Shown here in pieces: positions 1-19,500 of a stretch of 64,000 bases of DNA; position 1 is the first letter of the stretch, and each line of letters starts with the position of its first letter. The position numbers and the translations under genes are program-made. The stretch is from the human T2T-CHM13v2.0 reference genome, Homo sapiens. The stretch spans positions 5,888,001 through 5,952,000 of the forward strand of contig CP086569.2 of the NCBI GenBank assembly GCA_009914755.4, written 5' to 3'. A model generated the notes under the pieces. It saw only the letters and a program-made list of their open reading frames with translations, was not told the origin of the DNA and searched no databases.

Positions 1-2044
1 TTTCAGAGCCAAGAAACCTTTTTTCTTTTGAACTGTGTATAGCTAACAATTGGATAAAGTATACTTTTTGAGAAAAGTTGATACATTTATCTTTCTTTTT
101 ATTTGATTTCTCCAAAATTTGGAAGCTATTTGGATTTTTAAATTTATGGCAATATAGTTATTTGAAGAAGTTTAGTAAGAGTATTTTTTCTTTTGTAAGA
201 GTATAAAATTGTAGACACTGGCTACCAAGTCTTTGGTTAGAATGACATATTTTCAGATATGACCAAATATTTTTGAGGAAATGTGACTGAATTCATATAG
301 CCAATGAAAAACTCCTTAGAAAGACTGCCTTCATATCTTGCCTACAAAGTTCCCTTACAAAGTTTGTGATCTCGCAGTAAGTAAAGTATGCCACTCTCTG
401 ATATGTCCAGGATATTCATTCAAGATATTTTGGGACCTTAAGAGAAAAGGAATCCATTCAATTTATACAGAGAATATAGGCACAATGTGATGTGATTGTG
501 ATTCTTTGACTTTACTTCCTACCTTGGAGGGTTTTAAAAATTTAACCTGTAAAGCTTTGCTTTAAAATTCCAGGAAAACCAACTTTAAAGAGCTTATATG
601 GCCAGTCACAATTTTATGCTAAAAATTAGGCCAAGTATATTAGAACTGAAATTTACTTTTCAAATAAATTGGTCCTCTTATGTTTTATTCTTGGTAGAAT
701 TGGGGAACTAGCGAGAGAAAAATTATATTTCAGGAAAACTCTATAGTACACCTGTTTGTAGACTTGTCCATTGTTTTTCAGTTTTTATTATTTTTCTACA
801 ATTTAGACTGAATCATGCATTCTTCTCTGGCTACAAGTCTCCAACTAATGTTTTCAAATTTTCCTTCAATTTTTTTGACATGTGATCACTAGAAAATCAA
901 ACTACTTTTCTTAAAGCCCTGCAAAGTGAAGCTAGACAACTTGATATAAACATCACAAGAAATCACCACGGCAACTGATACATAAACAGCTGTCATGCTG
1001 GCTGATATATCAACTACTCAGAAAGTTCAATTGAATATTTGCTTTGAGTTATTATCCAGAAAAATCTGTCAGCTTGCCACTGCAATCTGAATACGCTTCA
1101 GAGACTCTAGAAAAACAAGTCTATAGAGTACTCTGGACATTAACCTTTGTTTTTCTTGTTTCTATAGAAATGCTTCTTATTAAAGATCTGTTTTCTTGCA
1201 TGATATATACAGGCCTAGTCCATCTGCAATAGCATCTCCTGGAGTGGGACACAGCTGCCGAAATAAACTGATCTATTCTCAGGACTAAGAGACTGATTAA
1301 GAATGATATACATATATATATATAAATGTGCTGTTTTCTGCGTATCCTAATTTGGTTACTTTCTATTCCTTTGCCTTTTTTAATCTAATAAACTCTAACC
1401 AAAATATCTTCAATGCTATAAGCCTTACTTTAACATATAAAAGTTCTTAAAGTTTTAAAGTGGAAGCTGAAAGAAAATCAAAATATTTTACCCCAAAATA
1501 TATTTCTTTGATGTATTTTGAGACACCTGTTTAGAAATCCAGCAAAGAGAAGTAGAGAAGTAACCCTACAAAGTTGTCTTTTGTGGGGGCAGATTTGCAT
1601 CTGTAGAGAATCTGCATTGTTGCAGCCAGATTTTCTCTGAGGCCTCCTTTTATCCAGATCTAGGAAAGATTTACTGAAAGTCTGACACTTTTATAGGTCT
1701 GAAAAAAACAGTTATCATGTATTCTTTCTGAGGTCTGCTACCTGTGAAGTTTCATCTGCATAACAAGACCACTTTTGCTAGCTAAGCCTCCTCTTCTCTA
1801 CCTCCCATAACCTGTTTTGCCACCATAACCTGTTTTTTCAAATTCCAATCCCAATTCTTTCAGTAACATCAAGATGGTATTTAAGCTTCTGAACTCCATG
1901 AGGGGATTAGGATGTAATCACCCTGTGTTTCTCTCCCACATGCATATTAATAATTTTTATGCCCTTTCTCTAATTAATCAGACTTTTGCAAGTTGATTTT
2001 TTTCGTGGATCCTCGGAAGGCAAAGGAGAACTTTTTCTTTGACT

Positions 2045-2462
2045 TTTGTCCATTGTCAAACTGCTATAAATAAATACCTGAGACTCAGTAATTTCTAAGA
2101 AAAGAATTTTAATTGGCTCATGGTTCTGCAGGCTGTACAGAAAGCATAACAGCTTCTGATTCTCAGGAAGCCTCAGAAAGCTTCCAATCACATGGCAAAA
2201 GGTAAAGCGGGAGTGAGCTCTCTTACATGGCTGGAGCAAGAGATAGAGAGAGAGGAGGGAGGTGCTACACACTTTAAAAAAAAACAGATCTCATGAAAAC
2301 TCACTTACTACTGCCAAGAAAATACCAACGGGGGTGGTGTTAAATCATTCCTGAAAAACTGCCCCCCATGATCTAATCACCTCACACCAGGCCCCACTCC
2401 TAACACTGGAAATTACAACTCAACATGAGATTTGGGCGGGGGCACAGATCCAAACCATATCA
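2045..2462 (-). mobile_element. MaLR (THE1/MST-type) solo LTR
   Basis: Right end ...gatccaaaccatatca is the reverse complement of the MaLR LTR 5' terminus tgatatggtttgg. The central 'tacacactttaaaaa...atctcatgaaaactcac' and left 'ataaataaatacctgagactcag' motifs are typical of THE1/MST LTRs read antisense. Confidence 0.7.
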
Positions 2463-4397
2463 ACCCCTATGTTAGATTTTACTATACCCTTGAACATTGC
2501 TACCCACAGTTATCAGAATAAACATATGATCTTTAGAGTCTGCTTGAGAATCATTCATTGTTTATGTATACTTACTAAAAGCTCCTACGAAAAATTGAGA
2601 ATTGACTGTTTTAGTTGTGGGGTAATGAAAAAAAAACTGAAGAAGGAAAATATCAGACTAGCTATTTTATAGTAGATCCCAGTTCATCTTTAGAAGATAA
2701 TTTCTTAGCATGGATTAAATCATTCTATATATAAGAATTTATTGCTCTTACTAGAATCCCTTTATATAAAAAATGCCTAGACACAATGGCCAATCCAATA
2801 GCAATGAGCATTCTGAATCCCAGGACTGTGACATTTTAATACTATTTCTCATTTACTTAAACCAAACTTCCTGGATAAATGGTTGATTCAAGGTATAGAA
2901 TAGAAAATATACAAGATAAATCTGGAGTCCATTGGTATGCCAGAGAGCAATGAAGCTAACAAAGACTATGAATATCATCTCAAAAGGACTCTAGTTCCAA
3001 CTTAAATAGGTTCTTGTAGCCAAACAATATACAGTTCGAGCCTCAATAAAGATAAAAATTGAAACATATTGAGAACATCAAATACATATAAATCCATGAT
3101 TTTATAATGGCATGAAAAACAAGTGTTCACTTTTAAAAAGTGACAGAAGACTAATTATCTAAAAACTGTAAATAATGTTAAATAATCATACATTTAACCT
3201 ACCTTTCCTACATAAACTGTACCACTAGTTAATAAATTATTAGATTAAAAGTATCTCTATATAAAATTATTCTAGATTTAAAAGCAAACCATAATAAAAT
3301 TAAAATATTGCCATTTTGAATGCCCCCCAATGAATCTATGCATTGAAGATCAAAAGCTGCTCACATTTAAAAAAAGGTGAAAAACAGTCATATGCCTCCT
3401 GATGAAAGGACAAGACACCACCAATAGCCTTGTCACAGGGATTGCATCTGACTCTGATCACATTTTCTAATCCAGCTGCCATTTTGCAGAAAATACAGGG
3501 GAACTTACTGAACTGTACTATGATTACCAAGCAGAAAGCCCACACTGTAAAAACATTTACAAGTCAAACATAAGTTTTTAAACAAATAAATTGTAAGAAA
3601 GAAAAGAATGAAGAGAGGAAATCTATGGATAAATGTGATGTAAAACTTATATCATTTTTTAAATGGGGAAGCTTAAAGCTATAGTGTCTAGGGTTGCACA
3701 CGTGGGTAATAAAACCAAAAGACATGCAGGAAAGTGATTACTAAAATGTCAGAATGATGGTTACTTTTGGAAGGAAGAAAAAATTGTGATTGAGATGGGA
3801 CCAATGGAAAGACTTCTAGCATAACGTGAAAAGTTCCTTTTCTTGACCTGGGTGGTGGGTATAATGGTATTCACTTTGTAGTAATTATCTAAGATCATGT
3901 TATCCCTGGGGGAAATAGTGATTAGTAGAAAGCATAAGTAGGAATTCTGGGATGCTGGCCTGTATTCTGCTTCTTGATCTAAATGTGAATTACATGAGTG
4001 TTTTCCATTTCTTATAATTCATTGACCTGTTTACTTACATGCACTTTTCCATATGTAAACTATATTTCATAAAGAAATTAAAAATGTCATGGGCACTCCA
4101 TTAAACACTTCAGAGAGTAATGCTTCTTCCATTAGGCTCTTCTAATGAGAAATATTCTCACATTTTTAATTTCAATATACAATAATTTAAAAATTGGACC
4201 CTGATCATGGAGCAAAAAAAAAACTTATGCAAAATTAATCATAACACTGTCCATGGGGTCCAGAAACACAACAGGGGCAGGATTAATCCTTGGCACTTTC
4301 TTTTTTTTAACAGTAATCTGTTTTTCTTGGAGATAATCCATCCTAATTTTCAGAAATTTTTCAGCTTCACTCAGAAAGTTAATTGGGGCACCTCCGT

Positions 4398-5466
4398 TGA
4401 AATGGTTTGACTCTGTGTCCCCACCCAAATCTCATGTTGAATTGTAATTCCCAATGCTGGGGAAGGGACCTGGTGGTAGGTGACTTGATCATGGAGGTGG
4501 ATTTTTCCATTGCTGTTCTTGTGACAGTGACTGAGTTCTCATGATATTTGATGGTTTAAAGTCTCTGGCACTTGCCCTTTCTTTCTCTCTCTCTCTCTCT
4601 CCTTCTGCCACGTGAAGATGTGTTTGCTACCTCTTCACACTTCTGCCATGACTGTAGGTTTCCTGAGGCTTCCCCAGCCATGCCTTTTGTAAATCCTGTG
4701 GAACTGTGAGTCAATTAAACCTCTTTTATTTATAAATTACCCAATCTCAGACAGTTTTTTATAGCTGTATGAAAATGGACTAATACAGAAAACTGGTACT
4801 GAGAGTGGGTTACTGCCCCTTTGTTTTGGCCAATTTGTCCATTTGGAATAGGAGCATTTACACAATGCCTGTACCCTCATTGTATCTTGGAAGTAACTAA
4901 CTTGATTTTTATTTTACATGCTCATAGGCAGAAGGGACTTGTCTTGTCTCAGATGAGACTTTGGACTTGGACTTTTGAGTTAATGCTGGAATGAGTTAAG
5001 ACTTTGGGTGGACTGTTGGAAAGTCATAACTGTGTTTTGAAATGTGAGAAGGACATGAGATTTGGGAGGATCCAGGGTCACAATAATATGGTTTGGTTCT
5101 GTGTCCCTACCCAAATCTTATGTTGAATTGTATTGACTAATGTTGGGGGAAGAACTTGTGGGGAGGTGATTGGATCATGGGGGCAAATTTCCCCCTTGCT
5201 CTTATTGTGATAGTGAGTGAGTTCCTGTGAGATCTAATTATTTAAAAGTCTGTGGCACTTCCCCCTTCTCTCTCTCTTTTGCTGCCATGTGAAGACCTGC
5301 TTGCTTCCTGTTGGCTCTTTCACCATGATTGTACATTTCCTGAGGCCTCCCCATCCATACCTTCTGTATAACCTGTGGAACTGTGAGTCAATTAAACCTC
5401 TTTTCCTTATAAATTACCCAGTCTCAGATAGTTCTTTATAGTAGTGGGAGAATGGAGTAATATACC
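4398..5466 (+). mobile_element. MaLR element: LTR (4398-4800) - short internal (4800-5085) - LTR (5085-5466), internally deleted
   Basis: Two same-orientation LTRs both start ...atggtttgg(a/t)ctgtgtcccc(t)acccaaatct(c/t)atgttgaattgta and end ...ttataaattacccagtctcaga(c/t)agtt. Only ~290 bp of MaLR-int-like sequence (ctcagatgagactttggacttggacttttgagttaatgctggaatgagttaagactttggg) lies between them. Confidence 0.7.
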
Positions 5467-8400
5467 TGTCATGTTAAACCATCTCTATATCTCCAGTACA
5501 ATCTGTACCTAATCAGGGTACTGGTTTTATGTGAAGATCAAGTTTGTTTTTTGTTTACCACACATAAACTTGATTTGTGTATATGAGATGTTAGAGATGT
5601 ATTTATTCAAGAGTAATCCACAACCTGTGGTTAATTTATCATTGAGGTATGAGCCCACTATCATAAAAATTAAAGGGGTTTATGAAAAATTACCCAGAAA
5701 ATCACTCACTTTTATACCTACCATTCACACGATGATTTCTATAATGGGCAGATGTTTGTCAATACCTTAGCTTAAGTGGTAAACAATACTTTCACAGCTT
5801 TTAAGTTTCAATGGAGAAGTTTAATTGTTTTTTGTCCAAGTGCTAATAGACAAATAAGTAGCTATAGATTCCCTGTTAGCCAAAATGGTGTTTGATGTTA
5901 CACTCAGACTAATACTACTGCCATGTAAAATGACAAATCTCTAAATTGAAAGAACTGACCACTTGGAAACTTGTTTTCTTGGCTTAGATTTAATTTGAAT
6001 CATGACATTCATTATGCTTGACATAACCCAACCCTTATTTTGCTATTAGTCTTTTTGCAAATTGTCCATGACAAATGTGTACATGAGTCTTATATGCTGC
6101 TGTTCCATTAATGTCATATCAGATGGTCCAATAACTCATCATTTGACAAAAAGAACATAGAGGTCAGACCCTGGTCCAACTACAAACTGTTGTTTCTGAG
6201 ACAATGATGGAATCTAATGATCACTTGCGTTGTATAGAACTGGAATAAGAACACTTTTGTGGCTGACTTTATGATCTACTCAGGATGGCTGAGGGGATTT
6301 GGGAATAGAAGAGTCATATAGTCATCTGAATTGCCACTGAAACAATAGGATGGCTAGAGAAGATAAAGAGTAGGGAAATCTGAGTGACAAAACAAATATT
6401 GTGAGCCCTGCGTAGAGAATCAATAAATTTATTGGATGTTAAATAGAATTAAAAGACAGTATTTAAATAATTCTTTAAAATTCTGTTTCAAATACATATA
6501 TTTTGTATTCTAATAAGTCAAATTGACACAAGTTGGAAACACCTCCAATAAAAAGTGTAAAAGCAAGATGTACAATGGCACAATATTAGGATCTCAGCTG
6601 TAAACACTGTTCAATAAATTTAGTTAATATCAACTCCTCATAGGGCAAAGAATTTGTATGCCAACTCCCAAAATGGAAAGAATGGCTCCCAGGCAAGACG
6701 TAATGATAACCAGCTGAAAGTTATTAACATATCTAAAGATAAAATATATAGATGTAGGTGTGCTTGCTGCTTGTGTGGATGGTGGTATAGTATGGGGGGA
6801 GAAGAGGGAAAAGCAGAAAATGTAGAATAAAAATAGAGGGGTAGTGAAGCAAACCTTGACATTGCCCACACAAGTACGTATCAGGAGGCAAGAACTCTTA
6901 AATAATAAATTAGCCTTTCATTTTTAGAATGCTTCCAAGTTGAAAGTTCTCAAGCCCCTAAGAATTCTCTTTAGTAAGTATCTAAGTTAATGAGTGTTCA
7001 TTCTAGCTGATTGCAAGTTCTGTCTTCTATGGCCTTCTCTTTCCCTAGTATTTCTGATTATCCCTGGAAAATTCTTACATATTCCACAAATTGATGCTGG
7101 CTTCACTTATCACCTTTCCTACAGACACAAGCTCTGGTCTTCTCTTTTTGATGTTGTTTTCTCTTTTCCAGTGCCACTTCACTCCAGTGTGAACTAACAT
7201 TTCTTTCTTAATGTCCTAAATATTTTCTAACTCTAATCTGTAGAAGCTATCAGATCTCTTCTGTGAAGTAATATAGCATTCTGGTTAAATGTGTGGACAC
7301 TGATACTATGTCTTAGGTTCTAATCCATTTGGCCACTTACTAGCAGTAAGATCCTAGGGAAGTTACTAACTTGATGCCTGAATTGTATTTTTTTTTGTAA
7401 AACAAAGATAATACTAGTACTGATATCATAGACCTTCATTAAAGATTAAATGGACTACTTCCAAGTGAGCATTAGGAGCAGTGCTTGGCACATAGTACAT
7501 GCTAGCTAAGTATTATCCATATGGAAGCTTGGGAACAAACTATTGAGAATTGCAATGAAGGGAAAAAATAACAAAAACAAGGTGTAATATTTTACCTAAT
7601 GTTCATTGACTAGTGCCTATCAAGGGAACTTCCTAACTGGTATTTCAGTCTGCCCTCTTCTACAGGATTCTCTGTGAAAAGTATAGTTTATAGCTCACTT
7701 ACTGGAACTGCCTTGCCCTTGTCCTCTCTCCAGGGTGCTCACCATCAATCCCCCTACCTGCCTGCAATACATCAGAAAAGAAAGTTCTTTCTCTTCAGCA
7801 ATTAAAAATTGATCACTTTGTAAAGCTGCAACTCAGGACCACACTGGAGAAGATTTTTACATGACTATACTCAGTTAACAAGTTCCTTAAATTCCTCATT
7901 CTAGGAAAGGATTTTGGCTTTTTATCAACATAAATGGAAAGCTGATAAAGTGTTTATCCCAAAGCAGAAAATAAATTTTCCTTAGTCCTACACCACAACA
8001 CCCATCAAGATAAGTAGTGTTAATCATACATTTGAAATAGGCTTCCCCTCTAGAATAGCTGGAGATGCCTTTGAAATACTACGCTTTTAAATATGCATCA
8101 CCTTAAGAAAGGCTTAACCTCTTATATCACATGGGTAACATTTTGGCAACAATTTGGGCAAGATATTTAAGCTTTCTATTTCATCATCTATAAAATGGGG
8201 TTATTACTGCCATCTACTTCAAGGGGTTGCTTCCAGGGTTAAATACATAAAAAGATAAATAAAGCTCTTATTGCATTATCTGGAATATAGCAAACACTCA
8301 ATAAATCTTAAATATTTTTAAATTATGGTAATAGATCCCAGAAAATAGAGACTTTTTAAAAAGAAGTTTTCTGTGCTCCTTGTTCTAACTTTCCTCTGGA

Positions 8401-9779
8401 ACCTTAATGAGTTTCTGATGCAGTTCACGTCTACAAATTTGCCAAGAATAGCTGATGAGATTCAAGGTGACTGCAAAAAGTTGCACCTTTTTTACATATT
8501 GTGTTTTTTAAGAGAAGAAAAGAACATGTTAACAAGGGTTTAGCTCTTTTTTAAAAAAGGGCAAGATAAAGTAAGTCATATAAATCACCTGATTTTCTTA
8601 TTTTAAATTATTGAATACATTTTCTATGCCACTTTACTTATCTTCTTTAATGATGCTATTCTGAAAGTTTCCTTCAATATTTTAACATTTTCTGGCTGCT
8701 TTTGTATGATTGTTATGAGTGGTTCTGGAGCTAGAAATGTCCAGTTAGCAACATACTAAAAAAGGTTATTTATGCTTTAGATTGTGACTGTAAAACAGTT
8801 TAACAGTTTACAAAAGTATTGTTATTGATTCTAGATATCATTGGTCTCTTTGAGTATATTCTTAAATCTTCCTTTTATTATTTGTATCGTTAGAGGAAGA
8901 TTAGGCATAATCTACTAAACTGAAGAGGAGAAAAACCGAATTTTTTTTTACTTTTAAAAGATCTTACAGGTATGTTCTGTGATTTGGTATTTTGTATTTG
9001 GTAAATATGTTTCATGGTATTGTTCTTTCCATTTTTATATTAACATTTTTGGATTTCATATTAAATGAATCTTGGCATCAAAATGTTTCAACATATCTCT
9101 CTTTCTGGTGAAGCTCATCCTGTTGGTTGATTTATTTGTCTTATGGCTGTACTTTTCTCTGTGATTTTATGCAAGTCTTGTTGTCAACCTTAAACAATCA
9201 AAAGGCTCAGGATGTAGTTAAAAGAGTTTATTCAAGTGCAAAGTGTGAGGGAAGCTGTCTGGGAAGCAGAACTTCATCAAGGAAGAATGGTAAGAAGAAT
9301 GGTAATCAGGGCTCCTGACACGAGAAAAATGAGGATTGTTTATATAGGCCAAACAAAGCTGCTGAACAGAATTACATTTTTCATACAAAGGCTAAAATAC
9401 AGACATAAGACCTAATTAGCTACTATTGATTACACAAGAATGGAGTGGTTTGAAATTCTTTTATAAAGAGGTAACAGTCACAAGGGTCTCTATCTCTAAC
9501 ATCATTTAATCTAGGTTTGAATAAATAATAGGAAGTCTGGATAATGTATAACATCTCAACACAAAGGTCAGAAAACAATGGTTATGCACCAGAGAAGAAA
9601 AACAGTTGTAATAGGCGAGTCGGCTTTTATGCCTTAACTTTTATGGCAAAACCTCTCTAAGCGTTTTGAATCTCAAACATTGCTTATTCGGGTTTGCATA
9701 TCTGTCATTAATTTGGTGATGTTATGTAATTCATCTGGGATATAAACACAGGATTGTTTTTTGTATATATTTTTCCCTT

Positions 9780-15113
<5,334 letters not shown>

Positions 15114-16892
15114 TAGTTCATGTATGTTGCTATAAAGGAATACCTGTGACTGGGTAGTTTATGAATAAAAGAGATTTATTTTAGCTCATGATTCTGAGTG
15201 CTGTACATGATGCATGGCACCAACATTTCTCCTTGTGAGGACCATAGGAAGCTTTCAATCATGGCAGAAGACAAAGGGCATGCTGACACATCAGACGGTG
15301 AGAGAGGGAGTGGGAGGGGTACCACACTTTTTAAAAGAATTATATCTTATGTGCATTCAGAGCAAGATATCACTCATATCATGAGGACAACACCAAGCCA
15401 TTCATGAGGGATCTGCCCCAGTGATACAAACACCTACTACTGTGCCTACCTCCAATATTGGAGGTCATATTTTAACATCAGATTTGGAGAGGATAAAACA
15501 CCCAAACCATATCATTCCATCCCTGGCCCCCCAAATTTTATGTTCTTCTCAGATTGCAATATAAAATTATCCCTTACCAATAATTTCCCAAAGTCTTAAC
15601 TAGTTCCAAGCATTAACTTAAATGTCCAAAATCTCACCCAAGACTCTAGGTACATTTCTTCCACATTTTTTTTTTTTTTTTTTTTTTTTTTTTGCCTGTA
15701 GAATAAAAAACATACTATTTACTTGCAAGATGCAATGGTGGTACAGGCATTGAGTAGGCATTCCCATTCCAAAATAGAGAAAATAGCCAATAGAAAGGGG
15801 CAATAGGCCCCCCAGAAGTCTGAAACCCAGCAGGGCAGACTTTAATTCTTAAAGCTCCAAAATAATCCTTGAATCCATGTCCCACATCTAGGGTACACTG
15901 ATGCAGGGGGTGGGTTCGAAAGGCCTTGGGCAGCTCTACCCATATGGCTTTGCATGATGTAGCCCCTGTTGCTACTCTCATGGGTTGAAGTTGAGTGTCT
16001 GTGGCTTTTCCAAGCTCAGGGTGCAAGCTGTCAATGGATCTACCACTTTGGGGTCTAGAAGGCTGCAGCTCTGTTTCCACAGCTCCACTAGGCAGTGCCA
16101 TAATGGGGACTCTCTGTGGGGTGTCCAACCCCATACTTCCCTTCCACACTGCCCCATCAAATGTATTCTGAAGGGCATCTGCCTGTGGAGCAGGCCTCTT
16201 TGTGGGAACCCAGGCTTTTCCATACATTTTCTGAAATCCAGGGGTAAGCTACTAATTTTCCTTACCTCTTGCATTTTGCAAGCCTGCAGACTTAACAATA
16301 CATGGAGGCAGTCAAGAATTACAACTTATACTTTCTGAAGCAGTGGCCAAAGCTGTACCTGGGACACTTTGTGCTGAGGCTGGAACTGGAGCAATCTAGA
16401 TGTTTGGAACAGTGTACCAAGACTACACAGGGCAGCAGGGTCCTTTTCCTGGCCTCATGGACCATTCTTTTCTCCTAGGCATCTGGATCTGTGATGGGAC
16501 AGGCTGCCTCAGATATTTCTTAAATGCCTTTAGGCCTTTTTTTTTCATTGATTCAGATATTAGCACTTGGATCCCCTTTAGTCATGTAAATCTCTCCAGC
16601 ATGTAGTTGCTCCTCAACCCCACTTGTATTCTTCCCCTGAAAGTATTCTTTCCTTCTCTACCACACTGCCAGGTTTTGACTTTTTAAAACTTTTATGCTC
16701 TTCTTTCCTTTCAAATATAAGTTCCCACTTTAAGTCATTCCTTTACTCCCTTATCTGATCATTGGCTGTTAGAGGCAGCCAGGTCATGTCTTGAATACTT
16801 TACTGCTTAGAAATGTATTCTTCCAGATACTTTAAGTCATTACTCTTAAGTTTAAACTTCCAGAGAACCCTAGGACATGAGCTTAATGCAGG

Positions 16893-16936
<44 letters not shown>

Positions 16937-18065
16937 TGGGCATAATATGAGTGATCTTTACTCTAGTCTCAAAAACTTTCTCATTTCTGTCACAGTTCTT
17001 GTCAGCCTGGCTTCACTGTCCATATTTCTACCAGCATTTTGGTTACAACCACTTAACAATCCTCTAAGAAGTTTCAAACTATTCCCTACATCTTCTTGTC
17101 TTCTTCTGAGTTCTCCAAATGCTTCCAACCTCTGCCAGCTACCAAGTTCCAAAGCTGATTCCATATATTGTATTATCTTTGTAGCAATGCCCCACTTCCC
17201 ATTACCATTTGTTTTTGTATGAACTCATTTGCATTGTTATAAAGAAGTACCTGAGACTGGGTAATTTATAGAGAAAAGAGATTTATTTTGGCTCATGATT
17301 CTGAAGGCTGTACAGGAATGCATGGCACCAGCATCTGCTAATGGTGAGGGCCTCAGGAAGCTTTCTATCATAGTAGAAGGCAAAGGAGGAGCTGCTGTAT
17401 AACATGGTGTGTGTGTGGGGGGGGGGGTGGGAGTAAGTGCTAAACAATTTTTTAAAAATTATTATTTTTTTAAATTGTGAGTACATAGTAGGTATATATA
17501 CTTATGGGGTACATGAGATATTTTGATAAAGGCATGCAATGTGAAATAAGCATGTCATGGAGAATGAGGTAGCCATCCCCTCAAGCATTTATCCTATGAG
17601 TAACAATTCAATTACATTCTTTAAGTTATTTTAAAATATACAATTAAGTTATTGACTATAGTCATCCTATTAGGCTATCAAATAGAATAGCAGATCTTAT
17701 TCATTCTTTCTAACTATTTTTTGTACCCATTAACAATCCCCACCTTCCCATCAAAACCCCACCACACTTCCCAGCCTCTGGTACCTATCCTTCTACTCTC
17801 TCTGTCTATGAGTTCAATTGTTTTAAGATACCACAAATAAGTGAGAACATGTTATTTTTGTCTTTCTGTGCTATAATCTTTTAACCAACTAGATATTGTG
17901 TGAACTCAGAGTGAGAACATACTCATTATTGTGAGAAAAGTACCAAGCCATTCATGAGGGATCTGCCCCCATGACCCAAAACCTTTAACTAGATTCACCT
18001 CCAATATTGGAGGTCACATGTCAACATGAGATTTGGAGAGGACAAAATATCCAAACCATATCAGG
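15114..18065 (-). mobile_element. Full-length MaLR retroelement (3' LTR 15114-15514, internal 15515-17215, 5' LTR 17216-18065) with 5-bp TSD GGTTT
   Basis: The two LTRs are in the same orientation and share the ends tgtat(t/g)a...ctataaag(g/a)a(a/g)tacctg(t/a)gactgggta(g/a)tttat and ...aagccattcatgagggatctgcccc...cctccaatattggaggtca...agatttggagagga(t/c)aaaa(c/t)a(c/t)ccaaaccatatca. Internal length ~1.7 kb fits MaLR-int. Flanks read attgGGTTT|tgtattag and ccatatca|GGTTTcaac. Confidence 0.8.
17462..17885 (-). mobile_element. L1 3'-end fragment (antisense) nested inside the MaLR 5' LTR
   Basis: The insert interrupts the LTR between ...ctaaacaattttttaaaaatt and tgtgaactcagagtgagaacatactcattattgtgagaaaagtaccaagccattcatgag. 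The corresponding 3' LTR segment is uninterrupted. The insert carries antisense L1 3'UTR motifs (ccacaaataagtgagaacatg, catcccctcaagcatttatcctat...) with a poly-T at its left end. Confidence 0.75.
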
Positions 18066-19269
18066 TTTCAACTTTCTCCTGAATGTCTTCCTTGCCATCT
18101 AGATTCTAAATTCTATGGATGTCATTTCAATTAGGTTAAGAACTATTTCTAGGGAGTTAGTACCATCATTTGGAGGTAAGAGGACCCTGACTTTTTAAAT
18201 TGGCATTGTTCTCAGGCTGATTCTTTCTCATCTGAAAGTGCTGGCATTCCTTTATCATTTTGAATTGCTGTCTTTTGGATGGGGCTTTTTGTTTTTATCT
18301 ACTTTATTTCCCTGAGTTTGACTTTGGCGTAAGTTGAGAATGGTCTATTGGCTTCACTTCTGGGTGCTTTCAGAGGGCCAAGACTCTGCATAGGATCTTT
18401 ATTTGTGGCTAAATTCCTGCGTTGGGTTTCACAGGCAAGGTATACTGGAAGAAATCTTTTTTGTTGTTGTTATTGATGTAGTGCAGGCTGCAATCTAGTA
18501 GATCTGCAATCCAGTAGATGACACCTAAGAGTAATGTCCAGCAGATAGGCTCTTAATGACATGCCTCTTTTGTATTTTAGCGCATTCACAGCTGTTCTAT
18601 GTGGGGAGAGATATGGGGGATGGGAGGAGAGATGACTCCCCTGCCAGGTCCATTCCCAGGCCTTAGGGGACCCCTCTCCAATCACTGTCACCCTGCCTGT
18701 AATTCCTTAGCCCCAAAGGGGGCCCTGCCAGGCTGCACTTTCCTCTCCTTTAGGGTCGGCTCAAGGTGAAGGTTAGTTCACCAGGAGATCTACAGAATGC
18801 TGGAGGCCCACTGATCCTCTGTGCTTGGCAGAATCAGAGTGGGTTGTGGGGTATGCCTGTGTGTGGTCTGTTCATGCAGTAGATCAAGAGCAGGGGATCT
18901 TCAGGCAGGGCAGTGTTGCTGTGGGTGTGCCACCGGTATGGCACAAGCATCCCAAGGATTTTTGCCCATAAGACAGCTATAGGGACCGCCTAGATCATTC
19001 TCCTTTGACTGGGTCTCCTTCCAGTGGCTTCCCCAGTAACTGGCCCAATCATCTACTTTTGCCCTAAGCCTTCTGCACCAAGCTCTCTGGGGTATTAGGT
19101 GTTCCAGTCTGTGGGGCTCCCTTGGGCAGAGGCTGTAGCTGAAAGACAAGTAATGAGGTGTGAACTACTCAACCCTGTGCCCAAGCATAACCTAGTGAAT
19201 ATCATCCTAACCATCCTGTGGGTAACCATAGTTATAGATTAGTGCCACATAGCCAAGATGTTTTATTTG

Positions 19270-19500
19270 GAGCTAATCAATAAATAATCAGTTATTTGCC
19301 AATCTGTACTTTGTAATCAGTACTTGTAATACAGTGGCATGCCAATCAGTATTTTGTAACACAATGATGTGGATAAATCATTATTTGGGTATCCATCCTA
19401 TATCTGCTAACCAATAAATAATCAGTTATTATGTCTAATTAGTGGCATGCCAATCAGTACTTTGTAATAAAATGATGCAGATATACCATTCTTTGGGTAT
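19270..19500. repeat. Local tandem duplication (~115-130 bp x 2) inside the ERV 3' region
   Basis: aatcaataaataatcagttatttgccaatctgtactttgtaat...tggcatgccaatcagtattttgtaacacaatgatgtggataaatcattatttgggtatccatcctatatctgct is followed by a near copy aaccaataaataatcagttattatgtctaattagtggcatgccaatcagtactttgtaataaaatgatgcagatataccattctttgggtatgcatcctatatctct. Confidence 0.7.

Noticed and set aside
15715-16227. 170-aa minus-strand ORF
   Set aside because: Inside the MaLR internal region (non-coding in MaLRs); no recognisable domain, flanked by poly-T tracts.
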